From: Oopsacas minuta | Taxonomy: Eukaryota; Animalia; Porifera | NCBI GenBank assembly: GCA_024704765.1 | Contig: JAKMXF010000317.1 | Coordinates: 62,001-126,000 of the forward strand | Length of the DNA stretch: 64,000 nt | Direction: 5' to 3' | Shown here: positions 1-12,897 of the stretch, piece after piece | How positions within the stretch are numbered: the stretch's first letter is position 1 | Layout: every line of letters begins with the position of its first letter | Notes under the pieces: model-generated | The model's input: only the letters and a program-made list of their open reading frames with translations | Database searches by the model: none | What the model was told of the DNA's origin: nothing | Made by a program: the position numbers and the translations under genes

Positions 1-250
1 GACATGCTTGTCCATGTACTTCGAGTTCTTTCATCCAATTCATCCACTAGCAGTGTATCTCGGCTCCAGGACAAACAAGTGATTGAAGGTCTTCTTAATA
101 CATCTTAGCCAGTTGAAACCAGGTATGAGGGGGTGTTTGAACACCCAAATCCCCTCCCTGGATATGCCACTTATTTGTAATACCCCATCCCAATGTTTAT
201 CTCTGGGGTAATTCTCAATCACTGGTTTGCCAACGGAAGTTGCCATTGTG
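1..250 (-). pseudogene. Possible degraded non-LTR retrotransposon RT fragment (R4/Dong-like)
   Basis: Frameshifted minus-strand peptides NHLFVLEPRYTASG and DELDERTRSTWTSM loosely resemble AIN..AVPVLRY..G and LDRKTRK.MTM of R4/Dong RTs. Weak. Confidence 0.3.
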
Positions 251-544
251 CTGTTAACAGCAAACAACCAAATTTCACGTTCACAACATTATTTATCACA
301 TGACTTCTAATAATAGCAGAGGTGATTATATATTTCAAGCCACCTTAGGTGGCAATCTTTCGAGGGAATACTAACATGTATTTAGATTACTCCGTTTGTG
401 AATGTTACCAGTTTCAATATCCTTAGAAGTGCTTATGCTAACATTTAGCAAGTCTGTGATGTAGTGAATATAATTTAACCATCACTAACAAAGTAATACT
501 ATAACTACTTAGTATTTACACCTAAATTACACAACAGTATACAT

Positions 545-1285
545 TTCTCTGATGCTCTTCACGATGCTGTTTCGGATGTTTCCTTTATTCCTTCTTCTCC
601 ACAGGACTCGATAAGGTGGGATTCTTGCAAATTTGGATTTGTTGTTTGGCCTCTTCTTCGTCTTTTCTTGACGACTCCTCTACCAAGGACTTTCTAACCA
701 ATGTGTATGGGTACCGTCAATTGGATTCACAAAATTCTCAGAGTGGTTCACAATGTGATGTTCATAGCCTGAGCTGGGACAACAATATTTGCAGCCCATT
801 CGTCTGAGTGGATGGTAGTTCCAGGTCATACATATCACAGAATGATGGGAAGTAGGTTTGTACCTGAGCCATTGGGAACTAGAATCATCAGAACGCTATC
901 GTGCCTTGTTCAAATATAGCGAAAACCCATTGACCAGTGAGTAATCTACCACAATTATATTATTATCCCCAAATTTCGATTCATCAATCTTCACCATTGC
1001 TTCAGGTCCGCTTATTGTCCCCTGATTAATTATTGGATCCTCAATGCAATCATCTCTCATAAAACTTTTCCAGTCCACAAAAGTATTGGGGCCATTCAAC
1101 TGTTTCTCAAGAAATTCGCGAGGTTGTATATCTTCACTCCAATAATACAAGGACTGTAATAGAGAGGGAAGAGATAGAATTGAAGCCTTGAATAAGGTTG
1201 CATAATGGAGTGAGCATGTTGTCTTACACACTCTACATCTCCATTTCAAATTGTCCTTTGATTCGGTGACTGCACCTAAATACAT
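545..1285 (-). pseudogene. Merlin (IS1595/ISXO2-like) transposase pseudogene
   Basis: ORF 896-1285 has WRCRVC, DWKSFMRD and VKIDESKFG. Downstream frames give LLPIIL*YV*PGTTIHSDEWAA and HIVNHSENFVNPIDGTH, with stops and frameshifts. TIRs not found. Confidence 0.85.
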
Positions 1286-1389
1286 TATTTAGCTGCATTT
1301 GCACTGGACTCCGCGTGTTAATAAGTCATAATACTTAAGCCAAACAATAGTATTTTCCAGAGATGTCAACTTAAAGAGGTCGGAGAGTA

Positions 1390-2945
1390 CAGGGTGGCTG
1401 CTAAGTTCTGATACAAAGGATTTCTCCATTATATTTTTACAACTTGGAATATAATGTTAATATTGCATATACGACTATTTACTACTGTTATGATTCAATT
1501 ACTAAAATAGTTATTCTATATAGTCTCCTTTTTTGGAAATTTCAGCCTTGAGTCTTGTAGGGAAACTTTCCACTGCGGCACGCAGGGTTTCCTGGGGTAT
1601 TTTCTCCCATTCGCTATATAAAGACTTTTTCAGGGACTTTATAGTGCTGCGTGAAACTGAACAAGCCCTATTCTCCAAGATGGACCAAAGAGAATAGTCC
1701 ATTGGATTTAAATCAGGACTATATGGATGCCATTATTCTTTTCGGATAAAATCGGGGATTTTGCCATCTAACCAGTCCTGTGTGGTAATCGCCGTATGAG
1801 CAGGAGAACCATCTTGTTGGAAAACAAATGGCTGTCCGAAAAACATTGTCTGGCTCAGATCTTTTACAACAGGTTCTAGGATCAAGTCCTTGTAAGTTTT
1901 CGCGTTGATTTTCACTCCAGCAGGTACGAAAATCAATGGCGTGCGGCCAACAGCAGAGACACGAGCCCAAATCATCACTGAGAGAAGTTTCATTTTCCGA
2001 CTGATGTACCTAAACATATCAGGGATCTCTGAGATAACTGTAGAGATCACACGATCATTTTGAACATTCGTAGCCTCAGCTATAATGAAAATCTTTTCAT
2101 CTGTAAAGATGATATTTTCGAGTCCGCCGGTAGCGTGTCTTGCAAGTAATGCCTTGCTTCTCAACAATAGTTTTGTCTTGACTAACTCTGAGAGGAAGTG
2201 TATTTCTTTCTTTTAAAACAGCGCATTTCAAGTCATGGTGTACCACTTTTTGGACAGCTTGACGTGCAAATTTCAACTCCTTGGCCATTTTCTCATGGAT
2301 AACCGTGGATTTCGCCGAATTCGTTCTCTCACCCTCTTCTTGAGGGCTACGGTTCTCACAGAACAAGGACGACCAGATCTTGGTTTGTCGTTCGTGTCCC
2401 CAGTTTCATTGTAACGTTTTATTGTCCTGTAGATGAATGCTCTCCGTCCTTTAGCAATATTTAACATTTTTAAAATCTCAGGAGGGCTTTTTCCCGCCTT
2501 TGTATAGTTCAACAATTATTGACCTCTCATGACTTATGTCAATAGTATAAATTTTTGTGAAAAATGTAGGCTAAATCGAATTTGAATGCATTAAGAAGGT
2601 TATATGAAAAGTCTTACACTGCCTGGCCAAAAGTATTGGAACACCCTGCCACAATTAATACCTGAAACAAAGGGTATGCTACCATAGTTGTATAAGCTAA
2701 AGATGATTTCAATAAATGTTGAACATAAATATCGTAAAACGAATGATAACAAGTTATTGTTCTACTTTCTGCAATATCCATAGAATCTTTCAACACATTC
2801 TCATCTAATGCCACTTGTGCCAAGTTGTAAACAGTGTTCCAATACTTTTGGCCAGGCAGTGTAGATAGTCAAAATACTGTAAATACATTACGATCAAGGT
2901 TATATCGTAATTGAATTTTTGTATCAGAACTTAGCAGCCACCCTG
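1390..2945 (-). mobile_element. Tc1/mariner DD37D (maT-type) element, full length, pseudogenised
   Basis: TIR cagggtggctgctaagttctgatacaaa at both ends with TA TSDs (1388-89, 2946-47). Transposase pieces 2515-1511 carry IIFTDEK, FQQDGSPAH and SPDLNPMDY (37 residues between D2 and D3), with an in-frame TAA at 1733-35 and frameshifts. Confidence 0.92.
2617..2861. mobile_element. 245-bp Tc1-type MITE nested in the DD37D element
   Basis: TIR cactgcctggccaaaagtattggaacac and its exact reverse complement, TA at 2615-16 and 2862-63, no transposase. Confidence 0.9.
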
Positions 2946-4768
2946 TAGAGAACTTGCTGAGATGTCAGGTATAATCAAGGGTTCAAGAGCAATATTGTGT
3001 GGTCCATTGTGGTTTGAATGATAGTAGTATATTATAAGCTAATCTACGAACAGCCTTCATATACAAACATGCATTACAACACATCACTTTTTTTGGATTG
3101 CGTTTTAGTCAAGCGACACAATTAGATCTTAGATTATGAGTTTGTTTGTGGTTAACTTTTTATTGCAATGTAACTTGAGTGCAATTTGTTCAAAAGAGTG
3201 TAGATATTATTAGTGACAGAAATTATAGTGGTATCAAGTTACTATCAACAATAAACTATACTAGAAGTACAATCAAATTCATATAGTGTGAAAATGACTA
3301 TTGGGAACTTGAGCCAAATTATTCTCAGGTAGAATATAGCCTAAGATTTATTCACGAATAAAAAAAAGCAGGATAGAGTCTTAGGTCGAGAAGCCTTAAA
3401 ATAACACTTATCTACAGAAAGAAAAATTCATCCTAGAATTAACATAGAATTCCTACACATTTAACGACAATTCCAAACTGTCTGATATTCTAAGCAACTT
3501 ATATGGTACAATGAATATGCATGAAACACAAAAGATTTTACGACATTTGTATTCATAAACGAAGTGGCGCACACATATATGATATATGGCACTTCTGCAA
3601 CATGTTGTACAAATGTGAAAATGAGAATAAGTCAACAAGATTTTATCTAAAGCAGTGGTCGTCAAGTGGACCGTAGAGCTGCCAAGGGGGCATTAGAAGC
3701 ATATTGGGGGCTGCGATAGACTTGGGGGGGCCCACTGAGTTTTTATGATATACCAAGATCGAACAATTAGTTGTAACAGGATATTCGTAAATGAAAATCT
3801 TGTAGTCAAGATAGTAAACAATTTATTAAAGTAAAAAGATGTGCGTGTCGACAGTATAGAGCTAATTATATCAAACACGGGTTTGTGAAATCTTCATTTA
3901 TAATCAAGGGATGGCGAAAATGCAAATAAGGATGTTGAATCTTCAAAAAATTGCGAGACAATAGCTAAACGATGGTCGGGATCTTTGGAAAAGTGGATAA
4001 ACAAAATATAGATAGCTTGTTAGGTCATATAACATCTCGCTATTAATTGCTGAAACTGGTAAGCCACATAAAATTTCGGGAAGAATTAGTTCTCACTCAT
4101 TATTCCCGAAATTCAAGATGTAGTGACTATTGTCATGGATGGAAATGGTCGAAGTGTAATACAGTCAATTCTTCTTAGCAATTATACGGTTGCGAAGTGA
4201 ATAAATATGAGTATTTATGTCAAAATTCACTTTGTGAGATAAGTAAAACGAGGGAATTTCACTACAAATTGACTAATCTACTCTTCCAGGACACGAAGGG
4301 TTACTTTTTGCATATGCCCGATCATAGCATTCTATATACTGAGGCAATGGCACTCTATTCAAATTCTAGACCATGGCAGATAATACCCTGGGACTTTTCG
4401 AAACATATCAGGATGAATTACAGTAATTCATCATCATAAGAGTAAATATGATAATTTAATATTCTCCTTAAATACAAGTACTTACAATATATTTTACAAA
4501 ACTTCTAGGAAAATGATAAATTCCATTTTCTGAGATATTTGCATTATGAAAATTTCACTGAAAATTATCAAAATTCATCGCCTACAATGCTAAGATATTG
4601 ATTATGAGGAAATTGTGCTTAACATGGTCTAATAATATCCTGTCGAAGAGGTTTAGCAATTATAGTGTCATTGTCTTAAATAGAGATAACACTAAGCTAT
4701 AATATATAACAAATATTCTTTGCTATTTTGTTTGAGAATACGGTATTCAACTATTACTGGATGCTTAC

Positions 4769-4875
4769 CTGACGAGTGGAGAGAGTGAGGAAACGATGCC
4801 AGGGAATACAGTGGAACCTCCTGAAGCGGGGAAGCAAATCTTGGCAGCCCAACCTACCCACTTCTGGAGGTTGCA
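4769..4875 (-). other. Candidate orphan exon (107 bp) of an unidentified gene
   Basis: GC-richer island bounded on the minus strand by atttatAG and GTaag. Two frames are open (CNLQKWVGWAAKICFP... or QPPEVGRLGCQDLLPRFRRF...). Product not recognised. Confidence 0.35.
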
Positions 4876-5220
4876 CTATAAATGAATTTTTTATTATCTT
4901 ATCTTCACTTATTTATACATACTTATCTGGTACTGTATTGTGAAGAATGGATTGTGTTTCTACTATTAAAGTACTATAATATGGTAATTATAATTGGGTT
5001 GTGAGAATTGTTTGAAATATTGAAAGTCCAGTGTAATTGTCATCCATCGCAAATATTTTGATAGACTGCCATTGCATTAATATATTGAATACTATAGCCC
5101 GATTCATTCGGGAGGGAGAGTTGGATGAAGAAACGTTCTTTGCTTGACCGATTGTAAAAGATTTAATTTGTGAATCAATTATTAAAGTTGTGGAATATTT
5201 TTCAAGGAAAAATAAATTAG

Positions 5221-5650
5221 ATAATAATGTGACTTGTACAAGTCTAGCAATGTTAAAATCAAATTTTTCGAGGTTAAGATAGACGTATATTACGATCAAA
5301 AAGATCACGTACAGGGTATTATACGTTTAATATGTATTATACATTATACTCATATTATACAACTTAGGTTTAACCAGAACATTATTAGAAGAGATTTACC
5401 AGTTTCCTCGCTTAGCAGAGCTTTCAGTATCAGATGACTATTTGCTCGCATACTATGATCATCTTGATGCGGTCAAAATGGACATGGCTAAGCGATTCAC
5501 GGATCCATAAGAATTGGAAATACCACATTGGGTTATTGACCCATTTTGTGTCCACTTCGGAACAGTTTCACTACTTTTGTCAAAAGAGTTAATCTACTTG
5601 CAGAATGACTGCGAGGAGAAAAGGCGTTTTACAATGGGTGGGTAATGACA
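5221..5650 (+). pseudogene. Buster/Charlie-type hAT transposase C-terminal remnant (ZBED8/SCAND3-like)
   Basis: FPRLAELSVSDDYLLAYYDHLDAVKMDMAKRFTDP*ELEIPHWVIDPF...ELIYLQNDCEEK..FW matches the Buster C-terminal pattern. A possible left terminus cagtgg lies at 3653. Confidence 0.75.
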
Positions 5651-7476
5651 ATTTTGGCCAGTATTCTCCAAAAATTTACAGTTCATCTCATTAAAGGATA
5701 TGTATTTCAAAGCTACAAATGATTCCTGTGTAAGACATCTTTAAATGTACTTGTTGAGTATTTAACAACATTAATGGTGCATGAACCCTATTGTTAGGAT
5801 AGTCAGATGTGGTCCAAGTGGTATTTTTTGGCTAGATGACGCCAAGACTTACATTTATCTTTTAGAGATAAGCTATGCGAATTATATTTTAGAGATATAG
5901 TGTTACCAGGTTTTGTCCTTAGGGACCCAATCTCCCCAGCATATAATTATCAACTCTTAATTGTAATAATTACAAATTACTCAAACTATTATATTCATAA
6001 AAGAATCAATCAACTGACGAAAGTGTTGATATAACCACAATATTGAATATATGCAGTCTTATGATAGTTTGTGTAGAGTTTATCATCACTATTTCAGGAA
6101 AGTGGCTAATACGATTTTCTCTATAGGATTAGGCATATTTAGGAGATTTCGTAACTAGGTCAGTTTTCAACAGATTTTAGAGTTCTATAGCTCTATCAGC
6201 TCCTCTCAATGAGCTCTTTAATGGTACATATAGGGATTTCTGACCACATTTATACGGTTACGGAGTTCAGGATTATATAGTTCTACTAGATATATTGAGG
6301 CAACGAAATAACAGGAGAAAAATCACGAAAGATTATTCACGAGCAAACAAGAAAAATTCTTGCTCGAAGGCAGATTTTGTGTAATGAATTGCGAATCCAC
6401 GATGTATCGTACAAGGAGGAACCTTCAACCAAAGATCCCTCAAAGTCCACTTGAACTCGAGAGTACAATTCTACGAACCCGATACTGACTGTATTGTATG
6501 TCTTAAGTCAATATTGGAAACGATAGAGGATAAATATTTTTCTCAGATGATATTATCTCCATATAGTTGATATCTCTATATGCTTAGATGGGACCTTTTG
6601 GACCCTACAAATGTTGTTTTACCAGCTGTGAACAATATTTATTGTCGTAAATCAACACTTAATCCCAGCAATACATAGTCTCTCAACTAGAAAATCTGAA
6701 TCATTATTTGAGTCTGTATTATTCAAAATTCGTGAAATTATTCTTCAATTCCATCTATTTGAATGTCAGATTGGGAACAAGCATCGCGAAATTAATGTAT
6801 TAAAATATCCAATGGAATTAAGCTTCAAGTTTGCTGGTTCCAATATACACAGCACATTTGTAAAAAGTGCAACGAATTAATTTCGTTGGCTCATTCAATA
6901 ATAGTTCAATTATAAGTTTCACAACATTGCACATTGTATAATAGTCCTACCTTTTTACAAGCAGATGCAATACAAGATACATACAATCAGATCGATTCAG
7001 ATTATCTCAATATAGATCTATAAGATACCACATTACTCAAAGTTATGAAATTTAAGAAGTATGCAGCTCTTATAGAGAGATGCAATAATGGCATAGACGA
7101 TATGCGAAATCCATACGCGTCCGTGCTTCTCTGCTTCCATAAAGATATTACAGTCCATTTACATCTAAAGTACAAATTTCACACTTGGTTTATGACTAAT
7201 TATATATTCAAATATTTTTGGAATTACCTCATGAAATTCAAGTTTCAATGGACTACTATCTTTGCTATGGTGCGGAAAGCTACATCTAGCTGTATCTTTA
7301 GTAGACTATGTCTAGTAGGAGGGACAAAAATGCAGAAGACAGGCGTATACACATATTTACTAAAGAACACAAATACGGCAATTAATTTGCATTACTTTAA
7401 TAGCATAATGGTAAATATATGTACATATAGTATCAGGATATATTTGTATTATGCAAATATAATCTTTGCTAATAGA

Positions 7477-7960
7477 TCAACATAGTGTAGCATCAATTTG
7501 GAGAAGATATTTCATAGATAGTTTAAGTTTTTTTCGGTACATTGGATCTTGTGAGATAGGGTTGTGCTCCAGATATATACAAGTAATTTTACAATGTCTT
7601 AACTCATCGATACTCTGCCAATTAGAAATTTCGTTATTGTTGAGCCAAATATTGTCAAGATCATGTAATTGAGAAAGGTTTTCTATATTCTGTATACGAT
7701 TATTCCCTAAGTCCAAGATTTGTAGATTAGTAAGCTTATCAAGACCAGATATTTCAGATATTTGATTGAAAGACAAATACAATTCAGATAAGTTACAAAG
7801 TGTTGATAATCCATCTATAATACTAATACGATTATTCTGGAGGCTAAGGGTGTGGAGATTAACTAGGGTTTGAAGCCCTTCAATATTCTCGATTTTATTT
7901 CTACCTAAAAACAACTTCCTGAGGTTAACAAGAGATTCAATATTTTCAATCTTCCGTATT
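7477..7960 (-). CDS. PPP1R7: PP1 regulatory subunit 7 (sds22), last coding exon
   Basis: SDS22-type LRRs and the LRR cap YLEHNPISQDPMYRKKLKLSMKYLLQIDAT (human YLERNPLQKDPQYRRKVMLALPSVRQIDAT). Acceptor ttctAG at 7962-61; exon starts a|ATA CGG AAG (IRK). Confidence 0.95.
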
Positions 7961-10310
7961 CTAGAAGAGTACACAATAAATCTTAAATTCAAGTGAAATT
8001 CTTAATTCAAAGAATATGGAATAGTAGAAGTGGACACAAGTACACAGAAAGTTCCCAACAGCCATGGAAAAACATAAGTTTGTTTCACACAATTACAAGA
8101 ATATGTACTAATAAAGTATTGTAAATAGCCAAAGCTTCTAATGGTAAAGTGGTAATCAGTAGAACCCCAGAGAACATTGATAAAATGTTGAGAACTATTC
8201 CCAAAGCAATGTGTCATGACCAATAACAAGCTCTGGGGTTATGAATATTCGATCTGAGTCACATAATATAATAATCACGAATATGGGTACACAAAATATT
8301 AGTGGTATGACATTCATGCACATCAGTACGACATTTTCTTACCTCATTGCTAACTAAACATAAGAACATTAGCGGATTAACTATGGTGCCAAAGGAGCCT
8401 TAGGCCCCCAGCCTAGAATTTTAACAGGCCTTGCGGTCTCAGGATATAGGATGGAATTCCTCTGTCTATAAAAGGACTTTCTAATTTAGATTTAATATTA
8501 TGCTTCATTCAGTATTCATGAAGTCATTATGGTTTGTGCATTCTATATTAGTGGTGATTTATAGAGTCTATATCCTACCTGATTATAATGACAGTTGTAC
8601 AAGAACAGAAGATATCTATAACTGCCAGTGGCGTCAGACTGGAGAGCTGACGGGGGGGGCAGAGCACCAGGGCACACAACCAGATGCAGATAAAAGGACA
8701 ATAATAAATTACTGTATTAATTGTCTGAAAAATGACTTTGCGAATTCAAGTAACAACTATGTAACACCCCTAAATCTAGATTACCCAAACACGGGGGTAT
8801 TGCATCCTGGAGCTCATAAGAGGCTGCTCAATTCGCTCGCAAAATTACCATCACTAAAGCGCCACTATCATTCTTTATGCGCAGGGCATTAACTTCTGAG
8901 AGATGCCGCTGGTAACAGCAACTCAAACGTAATGGGCGCCAGTCGACCTCACAGGCACTTAATCAGCCGCTGCTTAATACCTAAGGGTAAATTGTGAATT
9001 TTAGACTAGGGGTATTGTTTTCGGCAGGTGGATTTGTACTGTGGTCTGTATTGCATAAACGGTGAATTTAGCCCGATTACATGTATGCACATTTGTAGAA
9101 CAAGGAATTATCTTATGCTAAAAAATTCAGCATGTGCCAAAATATGTGTCTAGTAAGCAGTACTGAAGTAAAATCTACCATTGTTTGAGAGCTTGCAATA
9201 GCCAGTGTGACGTAAAATAAACACCAGGTCTAATGGGTCCTTGACCACTCAAAATTGATTCATCTAGTCAATATATTTCAACTTGACCGGATCAGAACTT
9301 GGACAAATGTTTATATTATTAAATCCAACCAAATATTATTGATTAAACACATCCAAACATAGATATTGTGATGAAAAAAAGAGGCCGCATCAACATTTGT
9401 GAGCGTGGCGATCTTCGAGCAAAATTGACTTGTTTTGACCCGCGATTTTCTCATTCAATTTCTGACCATCAGGCAAAAGTTTCATTGAAGTTGTATAGTA
9501 CAAAACGAAAATAGATTCTAATCTTGGATATTGGTCAGATAATCACTCAATTATTAGACAACAATTGTTTGTTTGTTAGACTAACTGAAAATTAATCATT
9601 ACTATTACAAAAATTAAGGTAATATGATGATTCAATACATTTTAGTAGTCTAACTTTAGCGGGATAGGAGATATCAAGAAATACAAGTTCCAGGACCCGT
9701 GCTGCCAGCCTACATTCCTTTATGATAGAGTCTATGGGTGAGCGGCTGGAAAATTTGAATGAAACTGTACACAAATTCAAATAAAAATTCCCTAAGTGGG
9801 GTAAATACCATTAGAACCTGGTGTTCTGGCACATTTGAAGGTAGGGTGACTCACAAAATTGTTTGAAAGAAGGATTTCTATTGAAGACCATAAGCAGATG
9901 ATTATCAAAAGTAGTCTATATCCCATAACTGGAGTAAATATACGATTAAAAATCCAAAGTAGGCAGTATGAAACTATAATTAAAGTATGAAGGGGAAATC
10001 TAATTACAATGGACGTAAATTAGTATTTATCAGAAGTGGGGTATTTAACAAAGTGTGGTGCAGAGTCTTGCAAATGCAGCGCGAATATATCATTTGGGAG
10101 GTTATATTGTATATACTAAACCCAAACCAAAGTACGAAATGCAATGGCAAACAATACATAAAGACTCAGCACTACACATAGGCTAACGACAGCGCTCAAA
10201 AAATAAAAAAATTTCTGAAATTATTATCGCTGTGTATAATGACTAAAGATGCTAATCAAATCCAATCGAGACAATTCATTATAACTTAATAGTATGGTAA
10301 TCGCTCAACT

Positions 10311-11133
10311 CAGTGTTTTTCAACCATTTTCACTTACTGCCCACTTAAGTGTTCAAATTTTACCAGATAACCCTTCTACCAATACTGAGTGAATATTCTA
10401 TAACAAATTTAGACCATATATTTAACATTTTGCAGGAACAAATTGATTCACAGCCAAAAAGTTATTCATTATTGATTCTGATGCTCCTAATTAATGCGAT
10501 CCTTGACATTAGTACTCACTTGCAAGCTTTTCAAAAATCTGTTTCAAATTTTGTTAACATCAAACGTAGTTTGCCAGATTTCGTTACTAGCAACTATTTC
10601 GCTATTTGGTATATACTCTCGTGACTGCGCTAAAGCCCTTCTCAACTAAGTAGGAAGTATGAAATGCAAAATTAGAAGCTAGGCCCTCTGCCATATAAGG
10701 ACCCACGCAAAGTATTATTTTTTGCATCCAGAAGCTAGAATAACTAAATTGCTTAAACTCTATTCGCATTTCTAGATCTGCTTGCTCTAATATTCCACCT
10801 TCCTACATACACTAATTCGATTGAAATCAATGTCGTATGGACTTTGTATTTGGTTTTTCGATGACACTAATGATGTATTTATGATCTGATTCTAGTTTAT
10901 AACTATTCACTGTATTTTGAATCCAAAATAATGCGTTTTGTAATTAACTGGATTGACAATCGAAAACTGGATCGGTGATCTATTAAAAGAATATACTATA
11001 TGTGGCCGTCTCTTTATCAAATTTACTCCTCTATCTAAATTATCAAATAATTATTATGTAAATAATCTCCGAGCGGGAATATTGGCATCCCAACTCTCCT
11101 AGGGGGTGATAAAGCCCAGGTTAAGAACCACTG
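10311..11133 (+). mobile_element. Degraded Charlie/Buster-like hAT derivative
   Basis: Termini cagtgtttttcaacc and ggttaagaaccactg, plus weak internal Buster-like remnants. No TSD match. Confidence 0.45.
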
Positions 11134-11552
11134 GATTCTCCTTTCTAATGTGGTTATATTAACTATCAGTACAATTGGAATAACCAGACCAATCCAATTT
11201 TGCAGCCATTAACATGTGCTGTTTTAGGAGTTAAATTCAAAGATAGGCAACTGTAGTAAAATACCGTATTTCCAAATGGAATAATCAGATTGGAATCGCT
11301 TAAAGTGAAAATATCGATTAATTTATCCATTGTCGATTTGATGAAATGAGGAAAATTTCCAATCATGTTTCAGTGCATTGGGCAATCTGTGTTCAAATTC
11401 AACAAACAAAAATCAATTAGTTGTGTTCAAGAACATCAGTAATCGAAAGAATTTCAAAATACACGGTGACCAATAAATACTGTTACTCGCGTTTTTAGTT
11501 GTATCAGTAAACTAAGATCCTAACTTGCTCTAAATCACTTTATGTAGTTATA

Positions 11553-12897
11553 CAGGGTGTAACGAAAGTGTTGATACCCTAGATACCTCATTAAAACTTA
11601 GAATATATTTGAGTTATTCGAAATATTATCGGTTTATATATGAACCATTTCGTTCTAATACAATTCTTATACGTTCCGGCATGCTAGCTACTAAATTCTC
11701 TAAAATGCTTGGGCTAATGTCTCTCCATGCTGATTTGACTGTTTCTATTAGCTGTTCACACCTTGTGATTTGGCCCTCTTCATTAACCTTCTCTTTCACT
11801 ATTCCCCAAAGGTTTTCAATAGGGTTTAAGTCAGGGGAGTTCCCAGGCCATTCAATCTTACGCCAGAAAGCATTTAAATGATCTTGACACCACTTCTGCG
11901 TTGCATTGGCCGTGTGTGCCGGTGCACCATCTTGCATGAAGATGAATTCAGACATATTTTCCAACATTGGCCGCTCCAAAACCGATCCATTATTTCGACA
12001 ACGGTGAACTGCCTCCATACAAGTCTTGGCCAAAATTTGATTAATGTAGTATGCACTATTTATTGATTGCCCTTGAGGGATTATATGCAGTTCTGAAAGT
12101 GCCTGATGTGACATCATGCCCCACACATGAATCTTTGCTGGAAACTTAACTGAAAATACCGAAGGAACATCTTGCTTATTCTTTGCCCAAACCCGATTAT
12201 TTTGTTTGTTTGGCGTTGCAAAGAGCTGGAAGGGAGACTCATCTGACCAGAGAACTTTTTTCCAGTCGTTAACTGTCCAATATTGATGCTTCCGAGCAAA
12301 ATTCAGACGATCTTGGATGTTCTTTTGGGATAACCGAGGTATTTCTTGCCTTTTGAAAGACCTAACACCCACAGATTCGGTCAAATGACGATACACACAC
12401 ATATGAGATACAGGATTGCCTCTATTCTTCAATCTCTGTGCAAGTTTTCTTGTGGATTGCCTGCATTTACCGAGTGACTTGGAAATAACAATTTTATCCG
12501 CCCGTTTCAAAATAGGAGGCCTCCCTGAACGAGGTTTAGTCACTAATGAACTACCTTTTTTATACAAACTAGATCATCGTTTCACCGAAGAGATTGAAAC
12601 ATTCAAGTCTTGGGCCACTTTCTTCTGTGTGAGCCCTGCATCTAGCATGCCCATAGCTCGAGAACGAAGCAAGATTCCATGATCACGGACATCCATTAAT
12701 ACGAAATAATGTAACGATGCTAAAATTGGAAAAAAATTCAAATATTTGAATAATATAAGTAATTAATGTAATCAGAAATAATCTAAAGTACTATAACTAT
12801 ATTTAAGAAAAGTATAGGAAACAAACTCTGTATGGTTCATTAATATTTAAGATTTTCATAGGAAAATAAAAGGTATCAACACTTTCGTTACACCCTG
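11553..12897 (-). mobile_element. Tc1-like DD37E element, nearly intact
   Basis: Perfect 26-bp TIR cagggtgtaacgaaagtgttgatacc with TA TSDs (11551-52, 12898-99), inserted in the 3' non-coding part of the DD37D element. Confidence 0.95.
11626..12696 (-). pseudogene. DD37E transposase (356 codons) with a single nonsense codon at 41
   Basis: ATG at 12696 is in frame with the 313-aa ORF; TGA at 12576-74. Motifs VLWSDES, FMQDGAPAH and SPDLNPIENLW. Confidence 0.9.

Noticed and set aside
7045-7485. 146-aa plus-strand ORF next to the PPP1R7 stop
   Set aside because: No recognisable motif and AT-rich composition; probably 3'UTR or a chance ORF.
8002-8229. 75-aa ORF as a missing PPP1R7 exon
   Set aside because: No LRR pattern, and PPP1R7 is complete without it.
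8626-8867. hAT-like MITE cagtggcg...cgccacta
   Set aside because: Only about 7 bp of terminal match and no TSD.
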